NCBI GenBank assembly: GCA_965214825.1
Contig: OZ243981.1
Coordinates: forward strand, 3,121,366 to 3,185,365
Length of the DNA: 64,000 nt
Direction: 5' to 3'
DNA from: an uncultured Pedosphaera sp.
GTDB taxonomy: Bacteria > Verrucomicrobiota > Verrucomicrobiia > Limisphaerales > AAA164-E04
The notes under the pieces were generated by a model. The model saw only the letters and a program-made list of their open reading frames with translations. It did not search any database and was not told where the DNA came from. Below, piece after piece: positions 28,842 to 38,791 of the stretch. The position numbers and the translations under genes were made by a program. How positions within the stretch are numbered: the stretch's first letter is position 1; the number at the start of each line of letters is the position of its first letter.

Positions 28842-30479
28842 ATGCGCATCGCCATCGCTCAAATCAACACCACCGTGGGAGACATCCGCGGCAACGAAAC
28901 CAAAATCCTCGACGCCTACCGCAGAGGCCTGGCGGAAAACGCCGACCTCATCATCGCCCCCGAACTCGCCATCACCGGCTACCCGCCAAGAGACCTCCTC
29001 CTCAACCCCCAATTCATCCAGGAAAACCTGGCCGCCCTTCACCGCATCGCCAAACAAACCCAAGACGCCGGCCTCATCCTCGGCTACGTCCAACCCCGGC
29101 GCCACCAAACAGGTCGCCCCCTCCAAAACGCCGCTGCCCTGCTCTGTCAAGGCAAACTAACCGCCGCCCGCGGCAAAACCCTCCTCCCCTCCTACGACGT
29201 CTTCGATGAAGACCGCTACTTCGAACCCGCTGTCGAAAACACCCCCATCCCCTTCAAAGGCCGCACCCTCGGCCTGACCATCTGTGAAGACACCTGGAAC
29301 GATGCCGCCTTTTGGCCGCAACGCCGTTACGCCCAAAACCCCGTCGAACCCCTGCTCGCGGCGCCCTGCGACATCCTCATCAACATCGCCGCCTCCCCTT
29401 GGCACCTCGGCAAACTCAACCTGCGGCTCCAAATGCTCCGCGCCTTGATCCAGGGACGGCAATCGCACCTCATCTACTGCAACCTCGCTGGCGGCAACGA
29501 CGAGCTCATCTTCGACGGCAATAGCCTCGCGCTGAAAAACGACGGCTCCCTCCTCTGCCAAGCCAAAGCCTTCGCCGAAGACTTCCGAACAATCGACCTC
29601 GATCACGCGCCACCCTGCCAACTCGAAGCCCTTCCCGACGAAGAAAAACTCTGCCAAGCCCTCACCCTCGGCATCCGAGATTATTTGAACAAATGCGGCT
29701 TCCACTCCGCCGTTATCGGACTGAGCGGCGGAATCGACTCCGCCGTCACCGCCGCCCTCGCCGCTGCCGCCATCGGTAAAGAAAACGTCCGCGGCCTCGC
29801 CATGCCCTCCCGATACTCCTCCCAAGAAAGCCTCGACGACGCGGCCCAACTCGTCGCCAACCTCGGCATCCAACACGACATCATCCCCATCGAAACCGCC
29901 TTCCAAACCATTCGGCAATCCCTAGCCCCCGTCTTCCAAAACGCCCCCGAGGACGCCACAGAAGAAAACATCCAAGCCCGCCTGCGCGGCCTCTTCCTGA
30001 TGAGCCTCTCCAACAAATTCGGCTCACTCCTGCTCACCACCGGAAACAAAAGCGAACTCGCCGTTGGCTACTGTACTCTCTACGGCGACATGTGCGGCGG
30101 CCTCGCTGTCCTCAGCGACATCCCAAAAACCATGGTCTTCCGCCTCGCCCGCTGGATCAACCGAAACCAAACCATCATTCCCCCCAACACCATCCAAAAA
30201 CCCCCCTCCGCCGAACTGCGTCCAAATCAAAAAGACCAAGACACCTTGCCCGACTACGAAACCCTCGACGCCATCCTCAACGCTTACATCATCCAACTCA
30301 AAAACCCCGCCGAAATCACTGCCGCCGGCCTGCCCGAAACCGCCGTGCGGAGAACCGTCGCCCTCATCGAACGCAACGAGTACAAACGCCACCAAGCCGC
30401 CCCCGGCCTAAAAGTAACCAGCAAAGCCTTCGGCTTCGGCCGCCGCATGCCCATCGCCCGACGCTTCACTACCTGCTGA
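28842..30479 (+). CDS. nadE: Glutamine-dependent NAD+ synthetase (CN-hydrolase + NAD synthetase domains)
   Basis: MRIAIAQINTTVGD, PELAITGYPPRDLL, ICED (nitrilase-like domain). GLSGGIDSAV P-loop, TGNKSELAVGYCTLYGD. Confidence 0.9.
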   Translation: MRIAIAQINTTVGDIRGNETKILDAYRRGLAENADLIIAPELAITGYPPRDLLLNPQFIQENLAALHRIAKQTQDAGLILGYVQPRRHQTGRPLQNAAALLCQGKLTAARGKTLLPSYDVFDEDRYFEPAVENTPIPFKGRTLGLTICEDTWNDAAFWPQRRYAQNPVEPLLAAPCDILINIAASPWHLGKLNLRLQMLRALIQGRQSHLIYCNLAGGNDELIFDGNSLALKNDGSLLCQAKAFAEDFRTIDLDHAPPCQLEALPDEEKLCQALTLGIRDYLNKCGFHSAVIGLSGGIDSAVTAALAAAAIGKENVRGLAMPSRYSSQESLDDAAQLVANLGIQHDIIPIETAFQTIRQSLAPVFQNAPEDATEENIQARLRGLFLMSLSNKFGSLLLTTGNKSELAVGYCTLYGDMCGGLAVLSDIPKTMVFRLARWINRNQTIIPPNTIQKPPSAELRPNQKDQDTLPDYETLDAILNAYIIQLKNPAEITAAGLPETAVRRTVALIERNEYKRHQAAPGLKVTSKAFGFGRRMPIARRFTTC

Positions 30480-30513
30480 GCACATTGCCAAATAATACAA
30501 TCCATAACGTCTT

Positions 30514-31112
30514 ATGAAAGGTGAAGTGAAATTAATAAAGACCGAATTAAACAGCGTCAAAGACCTGTTTCAAAAAGTAGTGCAAATTATTCCGTCGTTC
30601 CATTTGACGGGTCCAAAAATTCTACCCTACGGCCTCAAGCCCCATACTCGTTCGGTTAGTTGGATCGTAGAGCAAGTAATCACACAACAGACAAAATACA
30701 ATGCAAAGCAACTGGACTTACAAAATGTTAATATTGAATTGCCGGATACCTGTTTGCACGATTGCATTATCCAAATGAAGGGGAAAAGTTTTACGTGAAC
30801 ATCAAAATAACCAATGCGGAAGTCAGAGCGAATAAAAACGACATATCCGCGGTGGAGAAACTCTATATGGAATATGCGACAAATCCCAAATACCGTTTAA
30901 TCTACGCTGTCTTCGGATTTACTTTTCGGAATATTCAAATATCTTTTGCAAGAGATTATCTTCACGTCTTCAGCCCTCAATTTCTCCCTATTTACATCAA
31001 TCCTCGAAACGCTAAAATTCAGGCATACTACAAAGCAGAACCGATATACCGATCGAGGGAGGAGTTTTTGCAACTTCTTAGAGGCAAATCAAAAAGCATC
31101 ACTTTAGAATAA
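30514..31112 (+). pseudogene. Putative type II restriction endonuclease, frameshifted at a G4A4 tract
   Basis: ORFs 30514..30798 and 30762..31112 join as ...LPDTCLHDCIIQ.EGEKFYVNIKIT... (a D...N-I-K PD-(D/E)XK-like motif). The shift is at aaggggaaaag (30778-30788). AT-rich. The stop overlaps the methylase start (TAATG). Confidence 0.5.
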
Positions 31113-31885
31113 TGTTCAAAATCTATAACGAAGACTGTATATCCGGCTTGCATCAAGTGCCAGATGCCAGTGTAGACCTGGTTGTCGCCGACCCGCCCTA
31201 TTGCCTCGGCAAAGATTACGGCAACGCTTCAGACCAAATGAAAGCAAGCGACTTTCTGGAATGGACAAAAAAATGGATACAAAAAGTGATTCCCAAAATC
31301 AAACCTGCCGGCTCGCTTTACATATTCACCACCTGGCAGTATTCTCCCGAAATCTTTTGCTATATGAAACAGTATATGACGATGATCAATGAAATTATTT
31401 GGGATAGAAAAGTCCCCAGCATGGGAGGGACAACCCGCAAATTCAGTTCAGTCCATGATAATATCGGCTTTTTTGTTAAACAGAAGAACTACTATTTTGA
31501 CCTTGACGCTGTGCGCATTCCTTACGATCCAGAAACTAAAAAAGCTCGCATTCGCTCCATTTTTGTTGGGAAGAAATGGCTGGAAATTGGATATAATCCA
31601 AAGGACGTGTGGTCAATTTCACGATTGCACCGCATCCATGCCGAAAGGGAAAACCATCCGACGCAAAAGCCGTTGCAGTTAATAGAAAGGATGGTTAAAT
31701 CATCGTGCCCGGAAGGTGGATTAGTATTGGACCCTTTTGCGGGTAGCGGGACAACGATAGAGGCCGCCGTGAAGAACGGGAGACGTGCCATTGGGTTTGA
31801 AATGAATTCGGACTACTGCCAAATTATAGCGAAACGCATGAAACGTTTAGCTCGCCAGCGGCAATTTCCTATCGCTCGACTATAA
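31112..31885 (+). CDS. Beta-class N6-adenine/N4-cytosine DNA methyltransferase (N6_N4_Mtase family)
   Basis: DLVVADPPY (motif IV) near the N-terminus. HPTQKP. C-terminal VLDPFAGSGTT (motif I). This is the circular-permuted beta order. Confidence 0.85.
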   Translation: MFKIYNEDCISGLHQVPDASVDLVVADPPYCLGKDYGNASDQMKASDFLEWTKKWIQKVIPKIKPAGSLYIFTTWQYSPEIFCYMKQYMTMINEIIWDRKVPSMGGTTRKFSSVHDNIGFFVKQKNYYFDLDAVRIPYDPETKKARIRSIFVGKKWLEIGYNPKDVWSISRLHRIHAERENHPTQKPLQLIERMVKSSCPEGGLVLDPFAGSGTTIEAAVKNGRRAIGFEMNSDYCQIIAKRMKRLARQRQFPIARL

Positions 31886-31920
31886 GGCAAATTCAAAGAC
31901 GAGCGGCCTCCACCCGCTAG

Positions 31921-33378
31921 TTATATTCTTAGTAAACTAAACTGCGCCGGGTTTAGAAATTGTTCGAGGACTTTTTCCGGCTCTATCCAATCGGCGCGGC
32001 TTGGCGTTGCTTCAGCCAAGTATTGATAGCAGGCTATTAAGCGCTCGCTATATGCTTCCAAAGAAAATTGGCGGCGCACTGTTTCGCGATTGCGGGCGAT
32101 GCTTGCCGGCGCGGAAACGGATTCCAGCCGTTTTGGACGTATTGCTGCCGCGGCCGCCGGGTCTCGCAGTATTTTTTTGATGACCTGTTCTTGTTGTATT
32201 TCGCCCAGCTGGCCGAAATCAATGAGACCGCTGGTTGCCATATATTGAAACGCGCGGGTGGCGGCGGACGGTTTAGGAGCCCAGGAGTAATGTTCATAGA
32301 CTTGGTGTATTGCGGCCGTCAGCTCTTTTTGCAAGGCGTCGACGTCGAGCCAGGCCAGCGGCACTTCCAATCGGTTGTATAGATGTGAAAGGTCGATGCC
32401 TTCTTTGGCGAAGTCGCTGGTAATGGCCGGCAGATTCCGGCCGACGACGGATCGGCCGCACATCCAAGGTTCGAGGAAGGCGAGGCCGAAGCCTTCGGCA
32501 ATGCTGGTGGTGATCAGCTGGTCTGCTGCCGCTATGAGTTCTGCAAAGGGGAGGTGGTATCGGGCGCTGAGTTCGAATTCGATCGGCAACGCCCATTGTT
32601 GCGCCTGCGCAACCCAACGCTGGTAGCGCGGTTTGGCGGCGGGATTGTCGGGCGCCAGGGTGCAGCCCATGCCTTGTCCGGGAGGCGCCAGCGCGGCCCA
32701 GAGCAGCAGTTCGCCCAGATTTTTTCGCCGGATTGCCCGAGTGGGGTAGAGGGTTAACGACTCGAACGGCATCCCCGGCAGAGTGTGTTTTGTGGCGTTT
32801 GTTTCAATTGGAGCTACTGGATTGGCCAGGAAGCGAAGTTGTTCCCTGGGCAAACCGGCAGTGGCCAAGATGTTGTAATCCCTTCGATTGAGTGTGCCGT
32901 AGAGGATGTGTGTTCCCGCCGGGTAGAGGCATTTCTGCAAGCATGCGGGGTCACTGCTGATGTCCGCCCGCAATGTTCGGTAGTTTTCTGCCCGCCCGTC
33001 TTCGGGAAAGTCGTGAATGTGCAGCAAGAGTTTTTCTCCCGCGCGAGCCAGCGAGGCAGCCACGACGGTCAACGAGGGGTTTTTGCCGAGGTGATGGTTG
33101 TGAATGTGCCAAACATCTGGCGAGCCGCCCAGCTTGCGTTTTGCCTCGATGCGGAGTGTTTTTTCCAATTGTTCGGGAGGCACGCGCTGTTTTCCTGTTT
33201 GGTAGCGGAGGTCGGGGACAGTGACGCAATGCCGCCGCAGTTCCGGCGTCAAGCCCGGACATTCCTCGGCCAAAACTACCAGTTCAAGCCCCTTTCTGCC
33301 CATGGCTGCGAGGGTGTTTTCGATGACACGAGCGACGCCGCCGCGCCGCAGATGGTAATGAATGACGGCTATTCGCAT
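31921..33378 (-). CDS. GT4-family glycosyltransferase
   Basis: MRIAVIHYHLRRGGVARVIE N-terminus. C-terminal GT-B block TTSIAEGFGLAFLEPWMCGRSVVGR (E-x7-E-like). Confidence 0.7.
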   Translation of the reverse strand: MRIAVIHYHLRRGGVARVIENTLAAMGRKGLELVVLAEECPGLTPELRRHCVTVPDLRYQTGKQRVPPEQLEKTLRIEAKRKLGGSPDVWHIHNHHLGKNPSLTVVAASLARAGEKLLLHIHDFPEDGRAENYRTLRADISSDPACLQKCLYPAGTHILYGTLNRRDYNILATAGLPREQLRFLANPVAPIETNATKHTLPGMPFESLTLYPTRAIRRKNLGELLLWAALAPPGQGMGCTLAPDNPAAKPRYQRWVAQAQQWALPIEFELSARYHLPFAELIAAADQLITTSIAEGFGLAFLEPWMCGRSVVGRNLPAITSDFAKEGIDLSHLYNRLEVPLAWLDVDALQKELTAAIHQVYEHYSWAPKPSAATRAFQYMATSGLIDFGQLGEIQQEQVIKKILRDPAAAAAIRPKRLESVSAPASIARNRETVRRQFSLEAYSERLIACYQYLAEATPSRADWIEPEKVLEQFLNPAQFSLLRI

Positions 33379-33417
33379 GGCAGCTCCGAAGCGTGGAAGT
33401 ACTACAGCTCCGCAACT

Positions 33418-34401
33418 TCACTGAGCTTGCAGGAACTTCTCTCGATACGCGGCCACTTCGATCATCGGCGGGCGCTCTTCTTCTGGAATCGCCCTTTCAT
33501 TGAGGCGATAACTCCGGTCTTGCGCTTCGAAGTGGCGATAGACGCGGTGAACTTCCGCCAAGTCTTTGATCATTCCGAACTGTTCCATGCGTGCCAAAAA
33601 AGTCTGCAAGATGCCGAACGACATCCGCCCCAAGGCAATGGTGGTTTGGTTACGGTGGACGCGCCGGTCCAAATCCGTTTGCGCAAAGGCCTCCATTCCC
33701 CACTGCCGGTAAACGTCCAGGAGATGGGCTGTTTCCACACCGTAACCGATGGGGAAGGCGATGCGTTCCAGCACCCGCCGCCGAACTGCGTATTCGCCAG
33801 AGAGCGGTTGGATGACGGCCGAGAGTTCGGGAAAGAACATCGAGAAGAGCGGGCGGACGAGAATCTCCGTCACTCGGCCACCGCCCGAAGGCCGAATTTC
33901 TTGGGAGAACGCTAAAGGCCGGTCGTAAAAGGCTTTTACATACTGGGTCGTGTCGCTATAGACTAGAGGGCCGACCAAGCCATAGACAAAGCGCGGATGG
34001 ATGTTTTTTATATCGGCGTCCACATAAACGATGATATCCCCCTTCAATTGATAAATGGCTTTCCAAAGGTTTTCGCCCTTGCCCCGCTTGTTGCCTTCTT
34101 CCGGCAGGATGTCTTCGTCTAAATAAACATCCGCGCCGAAGGTAGCGGCGATCTCCCGTGTATTGTCGGTCGAACCCGAATCAATCACGGCGATTTCATC
34201 TAACAGCGGATAGCGCGTCATCAGCTCGGATTTGAAGATGATGATCTCTTTGCCAATGGTGTTGGCTTCGTTCAAAGTAGGGATGCAGAGGGAGATTTTC
34301 AGATCCTTCGCCTCCTTCTCCTCTATCAACTTCAGTAAATCCCAGAAGGCGGAATGATGGAAGGTGTTGGTGTTCAACCAACGGTCATTGGTTTTCGACA
34401 T
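33418..34401 (-). CDS. gpgS: Glucosyl-3-phosphoglycerate synthase-like GT-A glycosyltransferase (GT81-like)
   Basis: ISLCIPTLNEANTIG, AVIDSGSTDNT, YVDADI (DxD), GGRVTE, PLSGEYA. The size (327 aa) is typical. Confidence 0.65.
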   Translation of the reverse strand: MSKTNDRWLNTNTFHHSAFWDLLKLIEEKEAKDLKISLCIPTLNEANTIGKEIIIFKSELMTRYPLLDEIAVIDSGSTDNTREIAATFGADVYLDEDILPEEGNKRGKGENLWKAIYQLKGDIIVYVDADIKNIHPRFVYGLVGPLVYSDTTQYVKAFYDRPLAFSQEIRPSGGGRVTEILVRPLFSMFFPELSAVIQPLSGEYAVRRRVLERIAFPIGYGVETAHLLDVYRQWGMEAFAQTDLDRRVHRNQTTIALGRMSFGILQTFLARMEQFGMIKDLAEVHRVYRHFEAQDRSYRLNERAIPEEERPPMIEVAAYREKFLQAQ

Positions 34402-35656
34402 CGCACACGCCTCCATCAATTGCCTGCAACATGGCCACCAGTTGAGCGATTCCCGCAAACATCGGCTCGATGCGGACAGCTTCGCGGGATTCGGCGCTTT
34501 GCGCCCGCTCGGTGATGCCCAGAGTGATCCCCGGAATTTTTTTGGAAATCAACGAAGAAAGCTCGCCCACGCTGGGACGGACTTCGGGAGGGATTCCCAG
34601 CCGCTCCATGACTTGCCGCGTGGCTACAGTGAGCGGATGCTCGAACGCAATCCCGCCGTTGCGCCGCCGGGCGATGACTTCCAACTCCAGCTCCACGCCG
34701 CTCTCCCAGGCAACCCGACGCACGATCTCTTCCAGCCGCTTTTGGAGTGTTGACACAAGGCCAACCTGCCCGCTCCGAATCTCGAACTTCAAGTTGCCTT
34801 GCGCCGCCGCCAGATGGAACGACTTGCCGGCGTGAATGGCTCCCAGGTTGATCGTCGTGCGCGGGCGGTGCGGAATCGGGATGGCCTCAATCAAGCGCAC
34901 CACTTCGGCCAAGGGGCTAATCGCGCCGCCGGCAAGATGCTCCTCCCCGGAAGCCCGCCTGGCATCATGGCAAATGATTTCCCCGCGCAGCATCCCAATG
35001 GATTGATAGCTTAAACGCCCCAAATCCACACCCTCAACGCAAACGCCCGCCTTGATGCCGCCCGGATGGTGGTCGAGAAAAAAGCCGATGCCCTGCAGGT
35101 TCCCCCGGCCGAGGCTTTGCGATGCACCCATCAAAATCAAATCCGCGTCGAACGCAATGCCCAATTCCTGCAGCAAAGTCGGCAAGGTGCAAAGCACCGC
35201 CACGCCGAGGCTGTTGTCGGCAATGCCCGCTCCCTCGACAGTCTTCGTGCTCATCTTCACTGTATGATCCACGGTTTCATCAAACAAGGTGTCGATGTGG
35301 GCGCAGACCAGAATGCGCTCCTTTCCTTCCCTGCCCGGAAGAATGGACAAGACATTGTTGGCCTCATCCGTCGAAATTTTGTCCAGCCCGCATTCGCGGA
35401 AGCGGTCCATGACGAATCGAATGCGTTTGCCCTCCTTGAAAGTCTCCGCTGGAATCTCGCCCACCATCACAAGATTCGCCAACAGAATATCCTTCAGCCG
35501 CCCGGCACCCTCCCGATGAGCGTTGACTTGCGCCAGAACGGAAGCGATTGTGCCGTCCGCCGTTCCCGTCATCGCCGCTGCCCCCTGCCAACAAAAATCT
35601 TCATCCAAACAATCCGCGCCGAAACCCGGCCGGCAAACGAGGGAAAGTGTTGTCAA
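34385..35656 (-). CDS. M20/M42-type metallopeptidase/deacylase
   Basis: ILVCAHIDTLFDE, GAGIADNSLG, HHPGG-type metal-ligand blocks. The start is uncertain (alternative ATG at 35572). Confidence 0.6.
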   Translation of the reverse strand: MTTLSLVCRPGFGADCLDEDFCWQGAAAMTGTADGTIASVLAQVNAHREGAGRLKDILLANLVMVGEIPAETFKEGKRIRFVMDRFRECGLDKISTDEANNVLSILPGREGKERILVCAHIDTLFDETVDHTVKMSTKTVEGAGIADNSLGVAVLCTLPTLLQELGIAFDADLILMGASQSLGRGNLQGIGFFLDHHPGGIKAGVCVEGVDLGRLSYQSIGMLRGEIICHDARRASGEEHLAGGAISPLAEVVRLIEAIPIPHRPRTTINLGAIHAGKSFHLAAAQGNLKFEIRSGQVGLVSTLQKRLEEIVRRVAWESGVELELEVIARRRNGGIAFEHPLTVATRQVMERLGIPPEVRPSVGELSSLISKKIPGITLGITERAQSAESREAVRIEPMFAGIAQLVAMLQAIDGGVCDVENQ

Positions 35657-35701
35657 ATCTCGAGGGAAACGAAAAGATTAAAGAAAGCCCAGGAACATTG
35701 C

Positions 35702-36988
35702 ATGGCCACTTTCGATCCAACACCAGTCACCAACCATCGCGTGGGCTTCGTCTCCACCCGCTTCTCCGGCCACGACGGCGTGTCGCTCGAAAGCGCGAAA
35801 TGGGCGCAAATCCTTTGGGAAGACCGGCACACCTCCTACTGGTATGCCGGCTTGCTCGACCGCCACCCCGACATCAGCATATGCATCCCCGAAGCGCACT
35901 TCGCCCACGCGGAAAACGAATGGATCAACGAAAGAATCTGGGGCCTCACCCACCGCAGCCGCCTAGTGACCCAACGCATCCACGACCTCGCCGCCTACCT
36001 CAAAACCACCCTCTACGAGTTCGTCGACCGCTTCGCCATCGAACTGCTCATCCCGCAAAACGTCCTCACCATCCCCATGCACTTGCCGCTGGGCATCGCC
36101 CTCACCGAATTCCTTGCGGAAACACAAATGCCGGCCATCGCCCACCATCACGACTTCTACTGGGAACGCGACCGCTTCGCCGTCAATGCCGTCGTAGACT
36201 TCCTCGACATGGCCTTCCCACACCGCGGCCACAACATCCGCCACGTCGTCATCAACCAACAAGCCCAAGAACAACTCTCCCTGCGCAAAGGCGTCTCCTC
36301 CACCCTCGTGCCTAACGTCTTCGAATTCGAAAAAGAACCGCCCCTGCCCGACGAATACGCCGCCGGATTCAAATCCGACCTCGGCCTCAACCCAGACGAT
36401 ATCCTCATCCTCCAACCCACACGCATCGTCCCCCGCAAAGGCATCGAAAATGCCATCCGCCTCGTCGGACGCCTCAAAAACCCCAAATGCAAATTCGTCG
36501 TCACCCACGAAGCCGGCGACGAAGGCATGGAATACCAACACCTCCTCGAAGAACTCGCCAAAGAAGAAAACGTCGACCTCCGCATCATCGCCGACCGCAT
36601 CACCGACGTCCGCCAGACCGACCACGAAGGCCGCAAAACCTACACCCTCTGGGACGCCTATGCCCACGCCGACCTCGTCACCTACCTCAGCACCTACGAA
36701 GGCTTCGGCAACGCCCTCATCGAAGCCTTCTACTTCAAAGTCCCCATCGTCATCAACCGCTACTCCATCTTCATCCAAGACATCGAACCCAAAGGATTCA
36801 TCCTCACCATGATGAACGGTTTCCTCACCGCCAACCTCATCGACCAAATCCAACGCATCCTCGATGACCCCGCCTTCCGCCGCAAAATCACCGAAGCCAA
36901 CTACCGCCTCGCCGCCCAATACTACGGCTATGCCCCCCTCCGCCGAAACCTCCAAACCCTCATCGCCTCTCTCCCTGGCCTCGCCTAG
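35702..36988 (+). CDS. GT4-family glycosyltransferase (candidate mannosylglucosyl-3-phosphoglycerate synthase-like enzyme; the function is inferred)
   Basis: ATG at 35702 (MATFDPTP). HRVGFVSTRFSGHDGVSLE. C-terminal YLSTYEGFGNALIEAFYFKVPIVINRY. Divergent from the gpgS-containing operon. Confidence 0.6.
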   Translation: MATFDPTPVTNHRVGFVSTRFSGHDGVSLESAKWAQILWEDRHTSYWYAGLLDRHPDISICIPEAHFAHAENEWINERIWGLTHRSRLVTQRIHDLAAYLKTTLYEFVDRFAIELLIPQNVLTIPMHLPLGIALTEFLAETQMPAIAHHHDFYWERDRFAVNAVVDFLDMAFPHRGHNIRHVVINQQAQEQLSLRKGVSSTLVPNVFEFEKEPPLPDEYAAGFKSDLGLNPDDILILQPTRIVPRKGIENAIRLVGRLKNPKCKFVVTHEAGDEGMEYQHLLEELAKEENVDLRIIADRITDVRQTDHEGRKTYTLWDAYAHADLVTYLSTYEGFGNALIEAFYFKVPIVINRYSIFIQDIEPKGFILTMMNGFLTANLIDQIQRILDDPAFRRKITEANYRLAAQYYGYAPLRRNLQTLIASLPGLA

Positions 36989-37302
36989 CGCGGAAGTGCG
37001 GGGAGTATGGATAGTGTGGGGCAGACACTCATAAGAGCGGCTTGTAGCCGACGGCCTGCCTGCCCGCCCAGCCACTTCTCCCAGCCCGAAAACCAGCTTG
37101 TCAACCTCGCCAAACCCGCCATCACAAACATGCCATTCAAAAAAATCCCCTCCCCCGCAAACAGCAGAGGAAGGAGAAGAAAAGTAATGTCAATCGACTC
37201 CTGCATCAAAAGTCCAGAAACCAACAGGCGGAGAACGACAAAACCAGCGGAGAGACCAGCAGCACAAAATCGAACAACACGATCCGATGAATTATTTATC
37301 AT
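36985..37302 (-). CDS. Hypothetical small membrane protein (weak call)
   Basis: Two hydrophobic spans. The ATG overlaps the stop of the upstream gene by 11 nt. There is no similarity I recognise, and an alternative plus-strand ORF exists. Confidence 0.3.
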   Translation of the reverse strand: MINNSSDRVVRFCAAGLSAGFVVLRLLVSGLLMQESIDITFLLLPLLFAGEGIFLNGMFVMAGLARLTSWFSGWEKWLGGQAGRRLQAALMSVCPTLSILPALPR

Positions 37303-38005
37303 CCGATAATTTTTCTATCTCTTCCAACGTAAGCCTCAAATGTTCTGGTCGACCCCGATTAATACTCTCAAGAACCATCCGTTCTACCAACATGTGCGCT
37401 AAAACTGAAGTTTCAGACACTTCCTCAAGAGCTGGCTTGTTTTCTTCAGTGAGCGAATCCCACGATTCCATTGTTCTTTCTTTTCTCAGTTCCAACTCCA
37501 ACAAACCTTCTTCATCAAGCCCAGCCTTAAAATCCAAAAGTTCTTGCTTAAATTCCTGAACTTGAATCATTTGCTCCTCCAAAAGAGTCAAAGGCAGATG
37601 TTCAAGACCTTCAACTCGAGAAATATCTTCAGTTGAATCAATGTTTACCAAATTATCCTCTCCACCACAACACGGAACAGAATCAACAACTTCCTCTTCC
37701 GCTTGCTCAACCAATTCAGAGACTTCAACCACGTCGCGCCTGTCGCGCTCTTTCAAATGAGTCAAAAGCTCTTGCAACATCACAACTTCCGATTCCTTGA
37801 TCTTTCGAGAAATAGAGGCTTCCAATTCGGTCACTTTGGAATCGACATAATCAAGAGCCGGGTTGTTATGGCGTTTCATCCACGAGAACAACGCCACAGA
37901 CGCAAAACACGTGACGATTATCAAACAGATTGAAACCGTTACTTCAAAAACCTTAATCTTCCGAATTTCAGTCTTTATCATATCTATATCATACCTCATT
38001 ATCAT
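37292..38005 (-). CDS. Hypothetical N-terminally anchored, acidic coiled-coil protein
   Basis: 237 aa in an AT-rich island. One TM (VTVSICLIIVTCFASVALF) and an E/L-rich remainder. No recognisable family. Confidence 0.5.
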   Translation of the reverse strand: MIMRYDIDMIKTEIRKIKVFEVTVSICLIIVTCFASVALFSWMKRHNNPALDYVDSKVTELEASISRKIKESEVVMLQELLTHLKERDRRDVVEVSELVEQAEEEVVDSVPCCGGEDNLVNIDSTEDISRVEGLEHLPLTLLEEQMIQVQEFKQELLDFKAGLDEEGLLELELRKERTMESWDSLTEENKPALEEVSETSVLAHMLVERMVLESINRGRPEHLRLTLEEIEKLSDDK

Positions 38006-38040
38006 TAATACAAGACCGAAGCTTCTTATTCACATCAGAC

Positions 38041-38379
38041 CTAATCAGATCTAATTTGATCCACATATCTCTTAAAAACTTCGCTGCAAATTTTTGCTGC
38101 AAACTCCATTTTATCGACACATCTTTCCATACAATCGGAATCACCTTTACAATCTTTAACACATAGCTTTGACGCTTCTTTCGCTGCATCAAGACAATTC
38201 CTAAGAGATATACCAGCAGCGCCCAGTGAAATATTGTGTTCTTTTTCAATCTTCTTAACACAATCAAGAAAGTCATCCCACTTTCCACAACACACATAAA
38301 CTCTATGTATATCTCCAGAGTAATCCTCAAAATCCAACCAAACAACCTTACCACTACAAGCAGTTTTCATCCCAATCAA
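38041..38379 (-). CDS. Hypothetical Cys-rich small protein
   Basis: 112 aa with 11 Cys (VCCGKW, DCVKK, NCLD, LCVKDCKGDSDCMERC, KIC). AT-rich island. Confidence 0.45.
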   Translation of the reverse strand: MIGMKTACSGKVVWLDFEDYSGDIHRVYVCCGKWDDFLDCVKKIEKEHNISLGAAGISLRNCLDAAKEASKLCVKDCKGDSDCMERCVDKMEFAAKICSEVFKRYVDQIRSD

Positions 38380-38680
38380 TTACTTCACCACCATCTGTAA
38401 TAAGGCGCGGAAATAAATGTGGAATGGTGGCCTCAACAACTTCACAAGAGGGACAAGACTTAGGAACAGGCACTTCTCCATCAACCGCCGAAGCCTTCAT
38501 CATTTCGGAAATAGAAAGCATAGCAAACAGACCGACACTGAAACCGAAACCGATGACAAAACCGGCAGTCAATTTTCCGATCCGTGATACTTTGACGGCA
38601 TCGAAGGCCGTCACCAACACACTCAAAGTTTGACGAATAATCATAAACAGTAACGAATTTAAGGGTTTCGGTTGTTCCAT
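38354..38680 (-). CDS. Hypothetical two-TM protein with a C-terminal CPSC motif
   Basis: 108 aa with two hydrophobic helices, then KSCPSCEVVE. Overlaps the start of the downstream Cys-rich ORF. Confidence 0.45.
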   Translation of the reverse strand: MEQPKPLNSLLFMIIRQTLSVLVTAFDAVKVSRIGKLTAGFVIGFGFSVGLFAMLSISEMMKASAVDGEVPVPKSCPSCEVVEATIPHLFPRLITDGGEVIDWDENCL

Positions 38681-38791
38681 TTGCTTGCCTCGCCGGTTCT
38701 CAAGCAGCCGGCCGGCCTGGTTGCGGCCTTCTTCTCAGCGTTTGAATTCGACGAGTCCATACTCATACATAGCAAAAAAAATCGGATGCTG

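Noticed and set aside
31900-31918. Possible bidirectional terminator hairpin between the convergent methylase and GT4 genes
   Set aside because: The stem is only 5 bp (agcgg/ccgct) with a 7-nt loop and no flanking T/A run. This is too weak to call.
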